Notes under the pieces: model-generated | What the model was told of the DNA's origin: nothing | What the model saw: the letters and a program-made list of their open reading frames with translations, nothing else | Databases searched by the model: none | Position numbers and translations under genes: made by a program | In this document: positions 14,640 through 16,315 of the stretch, piece after piece | How positions within the stretch are numbered: the first letter of the stretch is position 1 | Layout: each line of letters begins with the position of its first letter | Virus record (IMG/VR): IMGVR_UViG_3300024265_000603 | Span: 1 to 16,315 of that record | Length of the DNA stretch: 16,315 nt | Direction: 5' to 3' (one strand)

Positions 14640-14834
14640 TTATCTTTCAATTAATATTTGTTTAATCATATCATATTTTCTAACTAATACAGTTAATTCA
14701 GAATCTAAAATATCAAATCTAACTTGATTTTTAGTGTTTATAGCTTCTGTATATTGATTAAAAACTTCAAAAATTTGCCATCCTACAAATCTATACATTG
14801 AGTATAAATTTTTAAGTTTTCTATTAATTGTCAT
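14640..14834 (-). CDS. Hypothetical protein
   Basis: Track ORF; converges on the + strand block. Confidence 0.6.
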   Translation of the reverse strand: MTINRKLKNLYSMYRFVGWQIFEVFNQYTEAINTKNQVRFDILDSELTVLVRKYDMIKQILIER

Positions 14835-14931
14835 AAATAATAATTGATTCCTTAGAATAAGAATTTACTCATTATACTAAATAAGAGAAAAAAGTTCCAT
14901 AATTTTAAAATAAAAGAAAAAGAAAAAATAT

Positions 14932-15111
14932 TTAATAGTATTTAAAAGAATTAATCAAACAAATGTTCATTCTTGAAAAATCAAATTTATCTATTAATCT
15001 TTTTGAAGGTTCTTTACCTACATTACCTTTTACAACATATTGATAATTTATTAATTCATTACCTAAATAATCTTTCATGTATAAAGTTATTAATTTTATT
15101 TTATCAAACAT
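14932..15111 (-). CDS. Hypothetical protein
   Basis: Track ORF 14932..15120; ATG after AAAAGTGAAAACT; followed by a T-rich tract. Confidence 0.6.
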   Translation of the reverse strand: MFDKIKLITLYMKDYLGNELINYQYVVKGNVGKEPSKRLIDKFDFSRMNICLINSFKYY

Positions 15112-15116
15112 AGTTT

Positions 15117-15317
15117 TCACTTTTGGTTTATTTTTATTATTATAGATTTAGGAATCCAAATATTTTGTTTAACAGAATGGTGTACAGCTATTACAGGGTG
15201 TAGTTTAAAATGAATAGCTTTATTAGTTTCTTTTATAATATTTCCATCTAAACAATTAGGATTTCTCATAAGATTATTCTTTTTTAGAAACCATTCTGGT
15301 AAATAAATACTTATCAT
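15117..15317 (-). CDS. Small beta-rich viral protein (IIKETxKA...WIPKS family)
   Basis: Motif recalled from small phage and archaeal-virus hypothetical proteins; SD-like GAGTTGA. Confidence 0.75.
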   Translation of the reverse strand: MISIYLPEWFLKKNNLMRNPNCLDGNIIKETNKAIHFKLHPVIAVHHSVKQNIWIPKSIIIKINQK

Positions 15318-15332
15318 TTTTAATCAACTCTA

Positions 15333-15367
15333 TTTGGTTATTTAGGATTATCTAAATAACTTTCAAA
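15333..15367 (-). promoter_or_regulatory. Bulged intergenic hairpin H6
   Basis: TTTG/CAAA lower stem, 3-nt bulge, GTTATTTAG/CTAAATAAC stem, 6-nt loop. Confidence 0.7.
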
Positions 15368-15375
15368 AAGAAAAA

Positions 15376-15645
15376 TTAAAATATGTAATAACCTTCTTTA
15401 AATGCTTTATCAATAGATTCTTTATTATCTTTATACACATTTTCACATTCTAAAGAACAAAAATCAGATTTAGGTAATATTTTAAAAGTACTTCCACAGG
15501 CTTTACATTCTCTATGTTCTTTACACAGTCTAATAGAAATAATACCTCTACTCTCAAGATAATTAGTAAGATTATTACATCCATAAACAGAACATAAATC
15601 ATTTTTTAGAACTTTTTTAGGTGGTATAATATTATTATATGTCAT
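15376..15645 (-). CDS. Double zinc-finger protein
   Basis: CSVYGC...CKEH followed by CKAC...FCSLEC; track ORF 15376..15654. Confidence 0.75.
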   Translation of the reverse strand: MTYNNIIPPKKVLKNDLCSVYGCNNLTNYLESRGIISIRLCKEHRECKACGSTFKILPKSDFCSLECENVYKDNKESIDKAFKEGYYIF

Positions 15646-15654
15646 AGTTTTCAC

Positions 15655-15691
15655 TTTTGGTTATTTAGGTTTGTCTAAATAACTTTCAAAA
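15655..15691 (-). promoter_or_regulatory. Bulged intergenic hairpin H7
   Basis: Same upper stem as H6 with a different loop. Confidence 0.7.
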
Positions 15692-15696
15692 AGAAA

Positions 15697-15855
15697 TTAT
15701 TGATTTAATTTTTCTAATTCTCTTTTAATAATTCTCATATAAGAATCAATTTTGTTTATATCATTAGAATCCATTATTTTTTGTTTATTTGCTTCATAAT
15801 GTTCAAACCAATTCATTATTATGTTCATTTGATTTTTTTGTTTTTTATTTAGCAT
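15697..15855 (-). CDS. 52-aa hypothetical protein (MLNKKQKNQMNIIMNWFEHY...), probably leaderless
   Basis: Hand-translated; ATG ~26 nt downstream of the TATA box. Confidence 0.65.
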   Translation of the reverse strand: MLNKKQKNQMNIIMNWFEHYEANKQKIMDSNDINKIDSYMRIIKRELEKLNQ

Positions 15856-15880
15856 TATAATATAATAATCATTTATCTAT

Positions 15881-15896
15881 TATTTAAATCTTTTCC
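15881..15896 (-). promoter_or_regulatory. Archaeal BRE/TATA promoter for the right-arm operon
   Basis: - strand GGAAAAGA-TTTAAATA. Confidence 0.7.
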
Positions 15897-16000
15897 TTAC
15901 ACCACATTTTCCCTAAAAATTATACCCTCCTTCTATTTAACTCTCATTCTATTAACCCCTCTTAAAACCAACCCTCATTTTACTCATATACTAAAAAATC

Positions 16001-16315
16001 GTCTACTCTTAAAACCCTTTCTCTACTTTCTACCTCTCATTCTAAGAACACCTCTTTAAATCAATCTCTCTACACCTCTTTAACAACCACCTCACTCAAC
16101 CAACCCTTAACCAAACAACCTCTCTCAAACTATTCTCTCTCACTCCCTACTCTTAACTCAACCTACTCTCTGTATAATCGTACCTCTTTGCTCATACCCT
16201 CTTACAACCCTCCATCTCTTACTTAGTAAGTATTCTGCCTATACTACGATACATAGAGTATCTCAGGATTGGTCTTGTTAGGGTATGAGTAGGGGCTCGG
16301 AAGTGCAGTTTTAAG
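16001..16315 (-). repeat. Right terminal inverted repeat
   Basis: Reverse complement of 1-315, compared base by base. Confidence 0.98.

Larger units (their letters stand above)
1..16315. mobile_element. Linear dsDNA archaeal virus genome, probably spindle-shaped (His1/wyrdvirus-like), with protein-primed replication
   Basis: TIRs at both ends of the window; pPolB; 80-aa two-hydrophobic-helix capsid-like protein; pI/Zot-like ATPase; large membrane-anchored adhesin; archaeal TATA boxes; no integrase or transposase recognised. Confidence 0.85.

Noticed and set aside
1-16315. Casposon, Polinton or pipolin interpretation
   Set aside because: No Cas1, integrase or recombinase recognised; a virion module is present

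Overview
The window looks like an essentially complete, very AT-rich linear dsDNA virus genome. It has ~315-bp terminal inverted repeats (perfect for 291 bp). The central + strand block encodes a candidate terminal protein, a protein-primed family B DNA polymerase, a small two-helix spindle-virus-type major capsid protein, a 1027-aa adhesin rich in N-glycosylation sequons, several membrane proteins, a pI/Zot-like ATPase and a SAM methyltransferase. Both arms carry tightly packed small - strand genes. BRE/TATA promoters, the sequons and the gene content point to an archaeal spindle (lemon)-shaped virus similar to His1 or the Asgard wyrdviruses; a Lokiarchaeia host is an inference. Three signals are not explained by the gene list. 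(1) Seven intergenic hairpins share one geometry (lower stem, 3-nt bulge, 9-bp upper stem, 5-6 nt loop), show covariation, and overlap or abut the next gene's RBS. (2) ATA appears to be used as a start codon in ATAA stop/start overlaps, including for the polymerase, whose ExoI motif lies upstream of the first ATG. (3) A fixed junction motif, AAGTGAAT(A/G)ATATG, links a cassette-like array of microgenes that includes two paralogous ~30-aa membrane peptides. All product calls come from motif reading only; no database search was run.
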